Notes under the pieces: generated by a model
Told to the model about the DNA's origin: nothing
Databases searched by the model: none
Seen by the model: only the letters and a program-made list of their open reading frames with translations
DNA from: Thermodesulfobacteriota bacterium
GTDB taxonomy: Bacteria > Desulfobacterota > Binatia > Bin18
Direction of reading: 5' to 3'
DNA length: 64,000 nucleotides
Assembly: GCA_964291405.2 (NCBI GenBank)
Contig: OZ219926.1
Span: 2,240,001 to 2,304,000 of the forward strand
Program-made: the position numbers and the translations under genes
Part shown: piece after piece, positions 17,792 to 26,608 of the stretch
Numbering within the stretch: the first letter of the stretch is position 1
Layout: each line of letters begins with the position of its first letter

Positions 17792-19051
17792 TTATCGGCC
17801 CGTACGGACTGGGCCACTCGCTTTTCCGCTTTTGGATGCCTTTCTGGCGGTTCGGCCCGTACGGACCGGGCCGGCTTTTCCGTTTTTGGATATTGTTTCG
17901 GCTCTATCCGCCGGAGGGCTCTCCTGGGCTGTCTCTCCCGCAGAGATTTCCTGGACTCCACTCGCCGCAGGGCTCCGCCCAAGGTTTCCGTTTCTACTGT
18001 CTTCTTGGAACTCAGCAGACACAGAGCCCTGTCCAAGGTCAAATTCGTAATTATTTTCTTGATATTCTCCCGCCAGGGTCTTGATGAAGGCCACAATGGC
18101 CTCCTTGTCCTCATCCGGCGCTTCCCGTCCGAGTTGGAACTCGAACATGGCATCGACCGCGTCGCGCAAGGTCTCGGCGCTGCCGTCGTGCAGATAGGGG
18201 GCCGTATGAGCGGCCATGCGCAGGCTCGGGACCTTGAAGGCGTGTTTGTCGACCTCGTTCCCGGTGACGTTGAAGCGCCCCAAGTCGGCGTCGGTAATAT
18301 TGCCCCGCTTTCTGAAATAGTCGTTAATGACGCCGAAGACCTGAAACATATTGCCGCCCACGGCTGCCCCTTGATGGCAGGACACACATCCGTAGCGCTT
18401 GAATAGGGCGTAGCCCTCTTTCTCATGTTCGCTGATAGCCTCGGTGTTGCCTCTGAGCCACTGGTCGAAGCGACTGTTGGGCGTGATCAGAGAGCGCATG
18501 AACTCGGCAATAGCGTCTTTGATGTTCTCGCGAGAAATGATCTCGGTATCGTTGGGGTAACTCTCCTGGAACATGCGGGGATAGTCATTATCCTGAAAGA
18601 GTTTGGTCACGACGTCCGGCCAGATGCTTTCCATCTCGATGCGGCTCTGTAACGGACCGTCGATCTGATCCTTGAGGGTGTGCGCCCGGCCGTCCCAGAA
18701 CTGTTTGAAATTGAAAGCGGCGTTGAACACGGTGGGCGCATTCACGAGCCCGACCCGGCCCTCGATGCCGGTGGAAACGACCGCGCCGTCATCACCACCG
18801 GCGCTCAGGTCGTGGCAGGTGGCACAGGAGATGGTGTCGTTCTTGGATAATCTCGGGTCGTGGAACAGCCGCCTGCCCAGTTCGGCTTTGGCCTCGTTCA
18901 CCTCAATCATAATCGGGACCGGCTTGATCGGCTCGGCCGCAGCTCCGTACTCAGCGGACACGAGGCAGAGTGTCAGACCGAGGCTGAGTGCCCGTAGCAA
19001 GCGGTGGGGCAACCTATCCGGCTTGGGTGTCTTTTGCCGTGTATTCATCAT
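17792..19051 (-). CDS. Di-heme cytochrome c peroxidase family protein with C-terminal extension
   Basis: Signal peptide; LGRRLFHDPRLS, CATCH, NAPTVFN, QFWDGRA, CVSCH, FKVPSLR, TAPYLHDGS. Confidence 0.92.
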   Translation of the reverse strand: MMNTRQKTPKPDRLPHRLLRALSLGLTLCLVSAEYGAAAEPIKPVPIMIEVNEAKAELGRRLFHDPRLSKNDTISCATCHDLSAGGDDGAVVSTGIEGRVGLVNAPTVFNAAFNFKQFWDGRAHTLKDQIDGPLQSRIEMESIWPDVVTKLFQDNDYPRMFQESYPNDTEIISRENIKDAIAEFMRSLITPNSRFDQWLRGNTEAISEHEKEGYALFKRYGCVSCHQGAAVGGNMFQVFGVINDYFRKRGNITDADLGRFNVTGNEVDKHAFKVPSLRMAAHTAPYLHDGSAETLRDAVDAMFEFQLGREAPDEDKEAIVAFIKTLAGEYQENNYEFDLGQGSVSAEFQEDSRNGNLGRSPAASGVQEISAGETAQESPPADRAETISKNGKAGPVRTGRTARKASKSGKASGPVRTGR

Positions 19052-19076
19052 TCCTTCCTAACTCGGTTACCGTCGT

Positions 19077-19766
19077 TTACTTCGTCTCACTCTTGTCCCT
19101 GTCGCTGTTTTTGAGCAGTTGTGGCAGCTCAGTCCTGTCGCCTTCCGCCCAGTAGGTGTCACTATGGCTGGCATGGAGCTGCCGGGCTTCGTCTATGCGG
19201 CCCGCTTCGACGAACATCCGCATCAGGTTGGCCGTGATGAGTGGATGAGGCACCAATGCCAGCGCCGTTTTGTAGTGTTGTTCCGCCAGCGGATAATCGC
19301 CCTCAAGCGCGGCCACGACCGCCAGACCGTTCATGACCCAAGACTCTACCGGTGTGCCTTTGGCCAGTTCGGTCGCGGCGAGGAAGTGGGTCTTGGCCGT
19401 GGCGAAGTCTTCTCGCCCGAGACTCGCCCGCCCGGCACCGAGCAGGGCCTCGGCCTTGAGGGCTGGTAGTGTCGCCAGCGTGCTGGCTGCGGTGAACAGG
19501 GCATCTGCGGTCGCGAAGTCGCCCGCATGCAAGGCCATATAGGCCAGTCCGAGTTTCGGTTCCGGTGCGCTTGGGAAGGAGGTGGACAGCCGCTCATACA
19601 GCCGCCCGGCGGCAACCGGCTGGCCGGTTTCGATGGCTGCGGCCGATACTTTCAGGCTGCTGTCCAACATCTGCTGTTGGGCCGGGTTCAGTCCTCCCCT
19701 TCCCGTCCCGGCTGCCAACTGGCTACATGCGCTCAGGAAGATGAGTCCTGTCAAAATAAGCATCAT
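19077..19766 (-). CDS. tadD: TadD-like TPR lipoprotein
   Basis: MMLILTGLIFLSAC lipobox, TPR-like helices, NGLAVVAALEGDYPLAEQHYKTAL; first gene of the minus-strand operon. Confidence 0.8.
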   Translation of the reverse strand: MMLILTGLIFLSACSQLAAGTGRGGLNPAQQQMLDSSLKVSAAAIETGQPVAAGRLYERLSTSFPSAPEPKLGLAYMALHAGDFATADALFTAASTLATLPALKAEALLGAGRASLGREDFATAKTHFLAATELAKGTPVESWVMNGLAVVAALEGDYPLAEQHYKTALALVPHPLITANLMRMFVEAGRIDEARQLHASHSDTYWAEGDRTELPQLLKNSDRDKSETK

Positions 19767-19782
19767 AGGAAAACAAATCTTT

Positions 19783-19841
19783 AGAATACATAACGTTTGT
19801 ATTCTGGGCATTGTATTACATACAATCTTTATGTATGTCAA
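19783..19841 (-). promoter_or_regulatory. Putative tad operon promoter with two ATACA-N7-TGTAT operators
   Basis: AGAATACA-N7-TGTATTCT (19783-19805) and ACATACA-N7-TGTATGT (19818-19838). The second overlaps a minus-strand TTGACA. Confidence 0.65.
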
Positions 19842-20006
19842 CTACTTAATCTATTCTATGGTAAACTATTTTGCCCAATGCATCAGGTTTTGTAGAAGTG
19901 CTGGACTTGAGGATATATCTGTCTGCCTGGCGAGTTTGTCCACATGCATAAATCAGCCTGGCTAATGAGATTTCTAATGATTGATAAGCATAAATCAGTT
20001 GGGGTG

Positions 20007-20035
20007 TTGACATACATATGATATGTATGCATTCT
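20007..20035 (+). promoter_or_regulatory. Putative tetR promoter with operator in the spacer
   Basis: TTGACA-17bp-CATTCT with perfect palindrome CATACATAT-G-ATATGTATG (20011-20029). Confidence 0.65.
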
Positions 20036-20062
20036 AACTAATCATTAAGACTGAATTAACGC

Positions 20063-20178
20063 TATTCATGGAGGGTGAATGAAAATGGAACGGTATGAGA
20101 AGATGTGAATAGCTTTACTGACCGATTGTTTGCCGAGCATGAATATGCCGGCACATCCACTCAAGACGTTGTAGTAGA
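20063..20178 (+). pseudogene. Degenerate duplicate of the 5' end of the adjacent tetR
   Basis: TATGAGAA..GCTTTACTGACCG..TTGTTTGCCGAGCA..TATGCCG.CACATC.AC..AAGA matches 20214-20357, with deletions and a stop. Confidence 0.75.
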
Positions 20179-20235
20179 GTCTAGATTTAATGAATCTTCA
20201 AACAAGTCAGACTTATTCATAAGGGGAGGGAATAT

Positions 20236-20835
20236 ATGGCAGCGCTGCCAAAAGCGGAGCAATATGAGAAAACTCGGTCAGCTTTACTGACCGTTGCCCA
20301 CGAGTTGTTTGCCGAGCAAGGGTATGCCGACACATCTACCAAAGATATTGTAGAACGTACCGAGGTAACCAGAGGGGCTCTCTATTATCACTTTCGGAAC
20401 AAGGAATCCCTATTTCAGGCCGTTTTTGAGCAGTTTCGACAGACTCGGACGCAAGCGATTCTGGCGCGGGTGCAAGAGGCTGAAGGCGACCTCTGGCAGC
20501 GGTTTGTCGAGACGGGCTGCACCGCCATTATTGAATCCCTGTCTGACAAAAGCGCGCAGCGCATCATTTTCACTGACGGCCCGTCCGTGTTAGCCCCGGA
20601 CGTCTGGCACAAAAACGTACAGGGCGTGAATTTCATCACTCAGCTCTTCGAGCAGTTGGAGGCGGAAGGCTTTATCGAAGAAAAGACCCCACACCAAGCG
20701 CTGGCCCGTCTGCTGTGGGGAGCTTTCCTCGAAGCGGGGGTCTACGTCTCCCACGCGACCGATTCTGTCGGAGCTCAGCACGAGATGCTCCAGGGGCTGA
20801 AACACTGGCTCGGGAAACTACGGATCAAGCATTAG
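20236..20835 (+). CDS. TetR-family transcriptional regulator
   Basis: LFAEQGYADTS...VTRGALYYHFRNKESLF; GGAGG SD. Confidence 0.92.
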   Translation: MAALPKAEQYEKTRSALLTVAHELFAEQGYADTSTKDIVERTEVTRGALYYHFRNKESLFQAVFEQFRQTRTQAILARVQEAEGDLWQRFVETGCTAIIESLSDKSAQRIIFTDGPSVLAPDVWHKNVQGVNFITQLFEQLEAEGFIEEKTPHQALARLLWGAFLEAGVYVSHATDSVGAQHEMLQGLKHWLGKLRIKH

Positions 20836-20887
20836 GGGACAGGGAAGGCTTGTGAGTCTCCCCTATCCTCCACTACCCGATTTTCTC

Positions 20888-20916
20888 TTGACTTCCCCTC
20901 TCCCTCGCCGTAGTAT
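20888..20916 (+). promoter_or_regulatory. Sigma70-type promoter for rpoD
   Basis: TTGACT-17bp-TAGTAT. Confidence 0.65.
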
Positions 20917-21114
20917 GGGCGGGATTCTTATCTTTTTCAAAGCTTTGGCCAAGCTTGTCGGCCTGCCTATAAATTCTTTTGGACCAACTAAGCAGAAGCA
21001 GTTCTGTCGGAGTAGTCAATCCTTTCCCCTGCCTTCTCTATGCGTTGGGATGAAGGCAAAGTTGCGTCCTGTCGTGTTTTGATGCTGTTCATGTAAAGGG
21101 GGCTGAGGCGTCTT

Positions 21115-22941
21115 ATGGAAAAAAAGAAAAATAGAAAAATGGCGACGGTTTCGCAGGCCCCCCAACGGATATCCACACAGACAGCGGCCCAGCAGCCTGA
21201 AAAGTCCATACTGATAAAAGCCCAAGCTGTCACCCCTGCTGGTTCAACGTCGAAAGGGGAGAAACCGGCACGAGCAATGGAAACCATCATGTCCATTCTT
21301 GAAGATATGGATATTGAGACGGTTAATGTTCTTGAGGAAGGGGGCTCCACCAGCATTGAAGAAGAGGAGACCCCTGCTCCTGAGACGGTAAAACAGGACG
21401 AAGAGAGCTGGGGAGAGAGAGTGGTAGCGGCTGGGGAGCCAGTGACAGGAGACACTTCAGACCCTGTCCGCATGTATCTCCAGGAGATGGGCAATATCCC
21501 CCTTCTGAGCCGTGAAGAGGAGGTTGCGATTGCAAAAGAGATCGAGGCTGGGGAGAAGTGCATTCGCCAGGAAATTTTCTCCACTCCTTTGGCACTCCAA
21601 TATATTTTATCTCTGGGGAGCCGGCTCAAACTGGACGAGACTGAAGCGCGGCGTATTTTTGGCGACGAAGAAGAGGATACGGATACGTCCGGCAAGGAAG
21701 ACCAGCGAATTACGCTCTTTCTGAGTCGTATGGGGCCGCTCAAACGCTTGGCCGGAGAGCGGGAAAAGGCGGCAATATTGTCTCGCAAGCGGAGTCCGGT
21801 CGCAGAGCGAGAGAAAGCGCTGAAGCGACTGGGCACTCTTCGCGAGAAGATCAGAACTTCACTGGATAGTCTGCCTTTGGGACGGCGTCATATTACGGTG
21901 GTGACCGATAAACTCAAGGAAGTCGGCGTCATGCTGGACAAGCAGGAGCGGACTATCCGCAGACAAGAGTCTGTCCTGAATTGCAAGGCGTCTGAGATTC
22001 TTGCCCTGGCGCGCGCGTCCACACCGAAGAATGGGCGAACACGTCCGAGAGCGGGAGCGATCGGTGGGAAAGCCCAAGAGCAGAAAATCCAAGAAGCCAG
22101 TCAGATCATCAAGGACGCCCGCAAAGAAATTCAGCACTTTGAGCGGCAGCTTGGCACGAATCGTGAAGAGCTACGGCAGGCCCTGAAGACAATCGCGCGG
22201 GGAGAAGCCCAGGCGCAAGAAGGCAAGCGTCGTCTCATTGAAGCCAATCTGCGCCTAGTGGTGAGTATTGCCAAACGCTATGTCAACCGCGGGCTGGGAT
22301 TTCTGGACCTGATCCAGGAGGGCAATATCGGCCTGATGCGCGCGGTTGAGAAATTTGAGTATCAACGCGGCTATAAATTCTCGACCTATGCAACGTGGTG
22401 GATTCGACAGTCAGTGAGTCGAGCCATCGCCGACCAGGCCCGAACGATTCGGATCCCGGTCCATATGATTGAGACGATCAATAAGGTGCTGCGGACCTCT
22501 CGCTACCTGGTCCAACAGCTCGGTCGGGAACCTTCGCCGGAAGAGATTGCCGCCCAAATGGAAGTGCCGGCGGACAAAGTCCGGAAAGTCCTCAAGATTG
22601 TCAAAGAGCCAGTCTCCCTGGAGACGCCGATTGGCGATGATGAAGAAAGTTCGCTGGGGGATTTTGTTGAAGATCGGCAGACCCTCTCTCCGGCAGACGC
22701 CGCGATGGCCCTCAGTTTGGAGGAACAGACGCGCAAAGTCCTTGCCACCCTGACACCGCGTGAGGAGCAGATTCTGCGCATGCGGTTCGGCATTGACGAA
22801 AAAACAGACTACACACTTGAAGAAGTTGGACAGCGCTTTGCCGTGACCCGTGAGCGTATCCGTCAGATTGAGGCTAAAGCCTTACGGAAACTGCGCAACC
22901 CGACCCGAGCGAAGAGTCTGGAAGCCTTCATCGATAGCTAA
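21115..22941 (+). CDS. rpoD: RNA polymerase primary-type sigma factor RpoD
   Basis: [80 protein letters not shown]. Confidence 0.96.
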   Translation: MEKKKNRKMATVSQAPQRISTQTAAQQPEKSILIKAQAVTPAGSTSKGEKPARAMETIMSILEDMDIETVNVLEEGGSTSIEEEETPAPETVKQDEESWGERVVAAGEPVTGDTSDPVRMYLQEMGNIPLLSREEEVAIAKEIEAGEKCIRQEIFSTPLALQYILSLGSRLKLDETEARRIFGDEEEDTDTSGKEDQRITLFLSRMGPLKRLAGEREKAAILSRKRSPVAEREKALKRLGTLREKIRTSLDSLPLGRRHITVVTDKLKEVGVMLDKQERTIRRQESVLNCKASEILALARASTPKNGRTRPRAGAIGGKAQEQKIQEASQIIKDARKEIQHFERQLGTNREELRQALKTIARGEAQAQEGKRRLIEANLRLVVSIAKRYVNRGLGFLDLIQEGNIGLMRAVEKFEYQRGYKFSTYATWWIRQSVSRAIADQARTIRIPVHMIETINKVLRTSRYLVQQLGREPSPEEIAAQMEVPADKVRKVLKIVKEPVSLETPIGDDEESSLGDFVEDRQTLSPADAAMALSLEEQTRKVLATLTPREEQILRMRFGIDEKTDYTLEEVGQRFAVTRERIRQIEAKALRKLRNPTRAKSLEAFIDS

Positions 22942-22976
22942 GAAGCCACGGTGTCTTTGGGTCTATTAAGTCCTTG

Positions 22977-23032
22977 AGACCCCATAGACCCCATAGACCC
23001 CATAGACCCACAACAGACCCCATAGACCCCAT
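22977..23032. repeat. Tandem 9-mer (AGACCCCAT)n
   Basis: Five exact units plus one variant (AGACCCACAAC); inverted partial unit TGGGTCTAT just upstream. Confidence 0.9.
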
Positions 23033-23043
23033 TGGAGGAACGA

Positions 23044-23226
23044 GTGAATTCGAAAGACCTGGAACAACAACTCAGACGGTGGCGGGAGGAGCGTGGCCGC
23101 AAGCCGGTCCAGCAGTCTTCTCCTACCGCAGATAAACGCACCGTTCGCGTGAACGGCCAGAATGTTGTTGTTGTGAAACGCTCCCGGAGCAAATCCTCGG
23201 GACAGATTTCCCCGCAAACGTCGTAA
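23044..23226 (+). CDS. Small basic hypothetical protein
   Basis: GGAGGA SD before GTG 23044; fills the gap after rpoD. Confidence 0.5.
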   Translation: MNSKDLEQQLRRWREERGRKPVQQSSPTADKRTVRVNGQNVVVVKRSRSKSSGQISPQTS

Positions 23227-23240
23227 GAGCCAAGGTACTC

Positions 23241-24314
23241 TTAATCAAAGAGTACGTTTTGGACTGCAGCACAGAACGCCGTTGTTGAGGCGGACCCGCC
23301 TTGGTCGGGCGGAAGGGTCTCGCCGCTGGCGTATACCTGCGCGATTGCGTCCTCGAGGCGCCGGGCCTCGTCGGTCCAACCGAGATAGTCGAGCAGCAAC
23401 GCGGCGGAGAGCAGGGTTGCGGTCGGATTAATGATGTTCTGGCCGGCAATATCGGGTGCGGAGCCGTGAACGGACTCAAAATAGGCATAGGTGTCGCCGT
23501 AACACCCGCTCGGCGCGAGTCCGAGACCACCAATGGTACCGGCAGCAACGTCGGACAGGATATCACCGTACAAATTCGGCATGACAACGACGTCAAATTG
23601 TGATGGGCTGGCGACGAGACGCCGCGCAAAGTCATCGACAATATATTGCTCATAGCCCAGGTCGGGATATTCTTTGGCCGTTGCTTCAACCACTTCACGG
23701 AATAACCCGTCACTTTTCCGCAGCATATTGTACTTGCTGGTACAGGTGACGAGCCCCTCTCCTCCCTGAGCTTTACGCTTGCGTGCCAGTTCAAAGGCGA
23801 AGCGGGCAACGCGGCGGGAACCGTGCTCGGTAATCGCTTTAATGGCAAACAGGCCCTGGGCTGTGGTATCGAGCGGTTTACGCGTGATCGCACTCGTCAA
23901 CCCGAGCGGCGCAAGCGTATTCAGGTCGCCCTCAACCCCCATATACAGGTCTTCCAGGTTTTCTCGGACCACAACAAAATCAATGGATTCAGGGTTTCTG
24001 AGCGGGCTCCGAAACCCCGGCCGCCAGCGTGCCGGACGGACATTGGCATACGTCTGCTTGCCCCAGCGGAGGTATCCGATCCCGCCGGTTGTGCCATTGG
24101 TCGAGCCAAAGAGGGTCGAGTCCGAGCGGTCAATCGCTTCACGTAGCGCACTCTCGAACCCCTTCCGTGAGCCGTACTGCTTCACTCCCTGTTCACCGGA
24201 GGGAAACTCGGTGAAGCTCAGGTCCAGCGTAAAGTTTTTCAGGATCTCGACCGTTGGCGCCATTGCTTCGGGTGCCGCATCATCACCGGGAATCACCACA
24301 ACGCGTTTTGCCAT
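23241..24314 (-). CDS. Isocitrate/isopropylmalate dehydrogenase family protein
   Basis: IPGDDAAPE, YANVRP, VVRENLEDLY, NLYGDILSD, FESVHGSAPDIAG. Confidence 0.9.
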   Translation of the reverse strand: MAKRVVVIPGDDAAPEAMAPTVEILKNFTLDLSFTEFPSGEQGVKQYGSRKGFESALREAIDRSDSTLFGSTNGTTGGIGYLRWGKQTYANVRPARWRPGFRSPLRNPESIDFVVVRENLEDLYMGVEGDLNTLAPLGLTSAITRKPLDTTAQGLFAIKAITEHGSRRVARFAFELARKRKAQGGEGLVTCTSKYNMLRKSDGLFREVVEATAKEYPDLGYEQYIVDDFARRLVASPSQFDVVVMPNLYGDILSDVAAGTIGGLGLAPSGCYGDTYAYFESVHGSAPDIAGQNIINPTATLLSAALLLDYLGWTDEARRLEDAIAQVYASGETLPPDQGGSASTTAFCAAVQNVLFD

Positions 24315-24330
24315 ATTATTGTCCTCTCTG

Positions 24331-25512
24331 TTAGCTCAACCGCACATCACGATAGTTCTTACCAGGAACGATTTTTCCAAGAACAGCCGGCAGCTGCGCG
24401 CCGGTTGCACTCGGTACGTTCGAGGGCAGGCCGTGCACGGTCGCATAGGCTAAAACGGCAAACGCCAAGGCTTCCAACGACTGGCTCTCATAGCCGGTCT
24501 CTTCAAGCAGTCGAACGCGGACACCGGGCAGGGCCTGGGCAAACAGCGCTCGCAGGGTCGGGTTGAGCGCCCCACCACCAGTGAGGTAGACCTCGGCGAG
24601 CGGGCCGTGCGGCAGGATAAAGTCGTGATACGCTCGAGCCATGCTCGTGGCGGTGACGGCGCTTGCCGTCGCCACTTGGTCGTTGGGAGACAGCCTGAGT
24701 TGTACGGCGCGTTTGAGAAATCGCTCTGCAAACGGCGCACCGAATTCTTCTCGACCGGTCGACTTGGGCGGACGCCGGGCAAAGTACCGATGCCGGAGCA
24801 GTTCGTCCAGGAGATGTGCGTGCACGCTTCCGGCTTTGGCCATTCGGCCGTTCCGGTCGTACCACTGCTTGCCCTGGGTAACGGTGTGGACAACGGTGTC
24901 GATCAACATATTCCCAGGGCCGGTATCAAAGGCCAGCAGGTCTTGTTTTGTGGAACGCGGTGGCAGGTAGGTGAGGTTGGCAATCCCACCGATATTATGC
25001 ACGGCAATCGCACGGCTGGGCTGTTGAAACAGAAATGCGTGCACATAGGGAACGAGCGGCGCTCCCTCTCCGCCCAGCGCCACGTCTGCCGGCCGAAAGT
25101 CGGCTATCGTCGTAATACCAGTCCGCTGCGCGATGACGGCAGGTTCTCCGATCTGGAGGGTTGAACCTGGTCCGGGTCGCTGGTGAGGGTTGTGATAAAT
25201 AGTATGTCCGTGGGAGCCGATGGCATCGACCTGCTCCCGCGAGACGGCTGCGCGTTCGCACAGCTTGAGCACCGCCCGGGCAAACAGCTCACCGAGAAGA
25301 ACATTGACTTGTGAGACTTCGCCGGCATCAATCCGGGCTCCCTGACTGACCTTCAAAAGACGAGCTCTCACCGGTCGGGAGTACGGGAATGAGCGGAATG
25401 CCCGTTGTTGAATACGGAAGCGGCCCCTGACACGGGCAATATCGACCAGCACGGCATCAATCCCATCATGAGACGTGCCCGACATCAGGCCGATAACAGT
25501 CCGTTTTGACAT
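24331..25512 (-). CDS. anmK: Anhydro-N-acetylmuramic acid kinase
   Basis: IGLMSGTSHDGID, GGEGAPL, NIGGIAN, FDTGPGN, PPKSTGREEF. Confidence 0.95.
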   Translation of the reverse strand: MSKRTVIGLMSGTSHDGIDAVLVDIARVRGRFRIQQRAFRSFPYSRPVRARLLKVSQGARIDAGEVSQVNVLLGELFARAVLKLCERAAVSREQVDAIGSHGHTIYHNPHQRPGPGSTLQIGEPAVIAQRTGITTIADFRPADVALGGEGAPLVPYVHAFLFQQPSRAIAVHNIGGIANLTYLPPRSTKQDLLAFDTGPGNMLIDTVVHTVTQGKQWYDRNGRMAKAGSVHAHLLDELLRHRYFARRPPKSTGREEFGAPFAERFLKRAVQLRLSPNDQVATASAVTATSMARAYHDFILPHGPLAEVYLTGGGALNPTLRALFAQALPGVRVRLLEETGYESQSLEALAFAVLAYATVHGLPSNVPSATGAQLPAVLGKIVPGKNYRDVRLS

Positions 25513-25624
25513 ACGGGTTCCCAGGGGAGCATACAGCCGTTACCAGCAACGGAGCATGCTGGTGAAATGATGGGGAGCCCAGAGAGAAGAGTCTCTCCTC
25601 CCTGGATGTGAAAAATATGAGTGT

Positions 25625-25963
25625 TCAGTCAGTCAGATCAAACTGAAAGACGGCGTCCATGCCCTTGGCCGCCTCAGCGTTGAACCCCTCCGGCATGCCG
25701 TCAATGACTTCCTGTACGGTTTCCATCGGCGGGCTGTCGGCCCCCGGCGGCGAAAAGAGGTTTTGGAGCTTGAGCGCCAAGCCCATATCTCCGGCAATTT
25801 TCAGCTTGCCGCTCATGAACGCCATTTGGCCGTTGAGTTTGCCGTTGACCATATCCAGGTAATCACTCTCCTTCATGGTGATGGTAATGTTTGGGGACGC
25901 ATGGGTGCCCATCTGCACCTCGATGCTTTCGTTCGCGATACGGAAATGGTACTGGGTGGCCAT
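25625..25963 (-). CDS. SCP2 sterol/lipid-carrier domain protein, circularly permuted
   Basis: GAGGAGG SD before ATG 25963; [29 protein letters not shown]2 signature; the normally N-terminal segment is at the C-terminus. Confidence 0.85.
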   Translation of the reverse strand: MATQYHFRIANESIEVQMGTHASPNITITMKESDYLDMVNGKLNGQMAFMSGKLKIAGDMGLALKLQNLFSPPGADSPPMETVQEVIDGMPEGFNAEAAKGMDAVFQFDLTD

Positions 25964-26061
25964 CGCGGCTTCCTCCTCATAAGTCCAGGATGTAGACACG
26001 CTACCATAGATCCTTGCGCTGAGAAACTATAGATCGTGTTGTTGTATAGAGAGGGGAAGGG

Positions 26062-26601
26062 ATGAACATGACACAATGTGACAAAAAGGGAACGTGTCCT
26101 CCAACAGACATGCAGAAGGCGACACGTTTCCTCTTTACGGCATGGAAACGTTACTGGGCCGGGCTGGTGCTCCTTTTTGTGAGCATATTCATAGGAACGT
26201 CCAGCTACGCCCAGGAGAGCGGACTTCAGAATACCCTGGCTCAGGTCGCTAGTGAATCAACGCTCGAAATCACAACCATAGGCCGCAAGAGTGGTAAGCC
26301 GCGGACAAAGCCGATTTGGTTTATCTACGACCAGGGGTCTCTGTATATCCAATCTGGAAAAGACGGAAAAACCCACTGGTATCGTAATCTGCAAAAAACC
26401 CCACAGATGCGGTTGAAAATCGCCCAACTCGTCCTCACCGGGAAGGCACGTTTTGTGACAGATGCGGCCGAAATCGAACGTGTCCACGATCTCTTCCGCT
26501 CAAAATATGCTCTCGCGCGTGCTGCCGGATTTGTCGGGTCCTCAATCGGGCATGGCAAGGTCGTTCTGGTTGAGCGCCTGGCTGAAGCGGCGCAGGAGTA
26601 G
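26062..26601 (+). CDS. Deazaflavin-dependent nitroreductase-like (split beta-barrel) protein with putative signal peptide
   Basis: ITTIGRKSGKPRTKPIWF and WYRNLQKTP motifs; hydrophobic leader ending SYA-QE; start uncertain. Confidence 0.75.
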   Translation: MNMTQCDKKGTCPPTDMQKATRFLFTAWKRYWAGLVLLFVSIFIGTSSYAQESGLQNTLAQVASESTLEITTIGRKSGKPRTKPIWFIYDQGSLYIQSGKDGKTHWYRNLQKTPQMRLKIAQLVLTGKARFVTDAAEIERVHDLFRSKYALARAAGFVGSSIGHGKVVLVERLAEAAQE

Positions 26602-26608
26602 ACGTCGT

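Noticed and set aside
22977-23032. 9-mer tandem as a CRISPR, or as coding (ORFs 22938-23192 and 22966-23217 on -)
   Set aside because: Units are contiguous with no spacers; the GSM/GVY peptides are just translations of the repeat.
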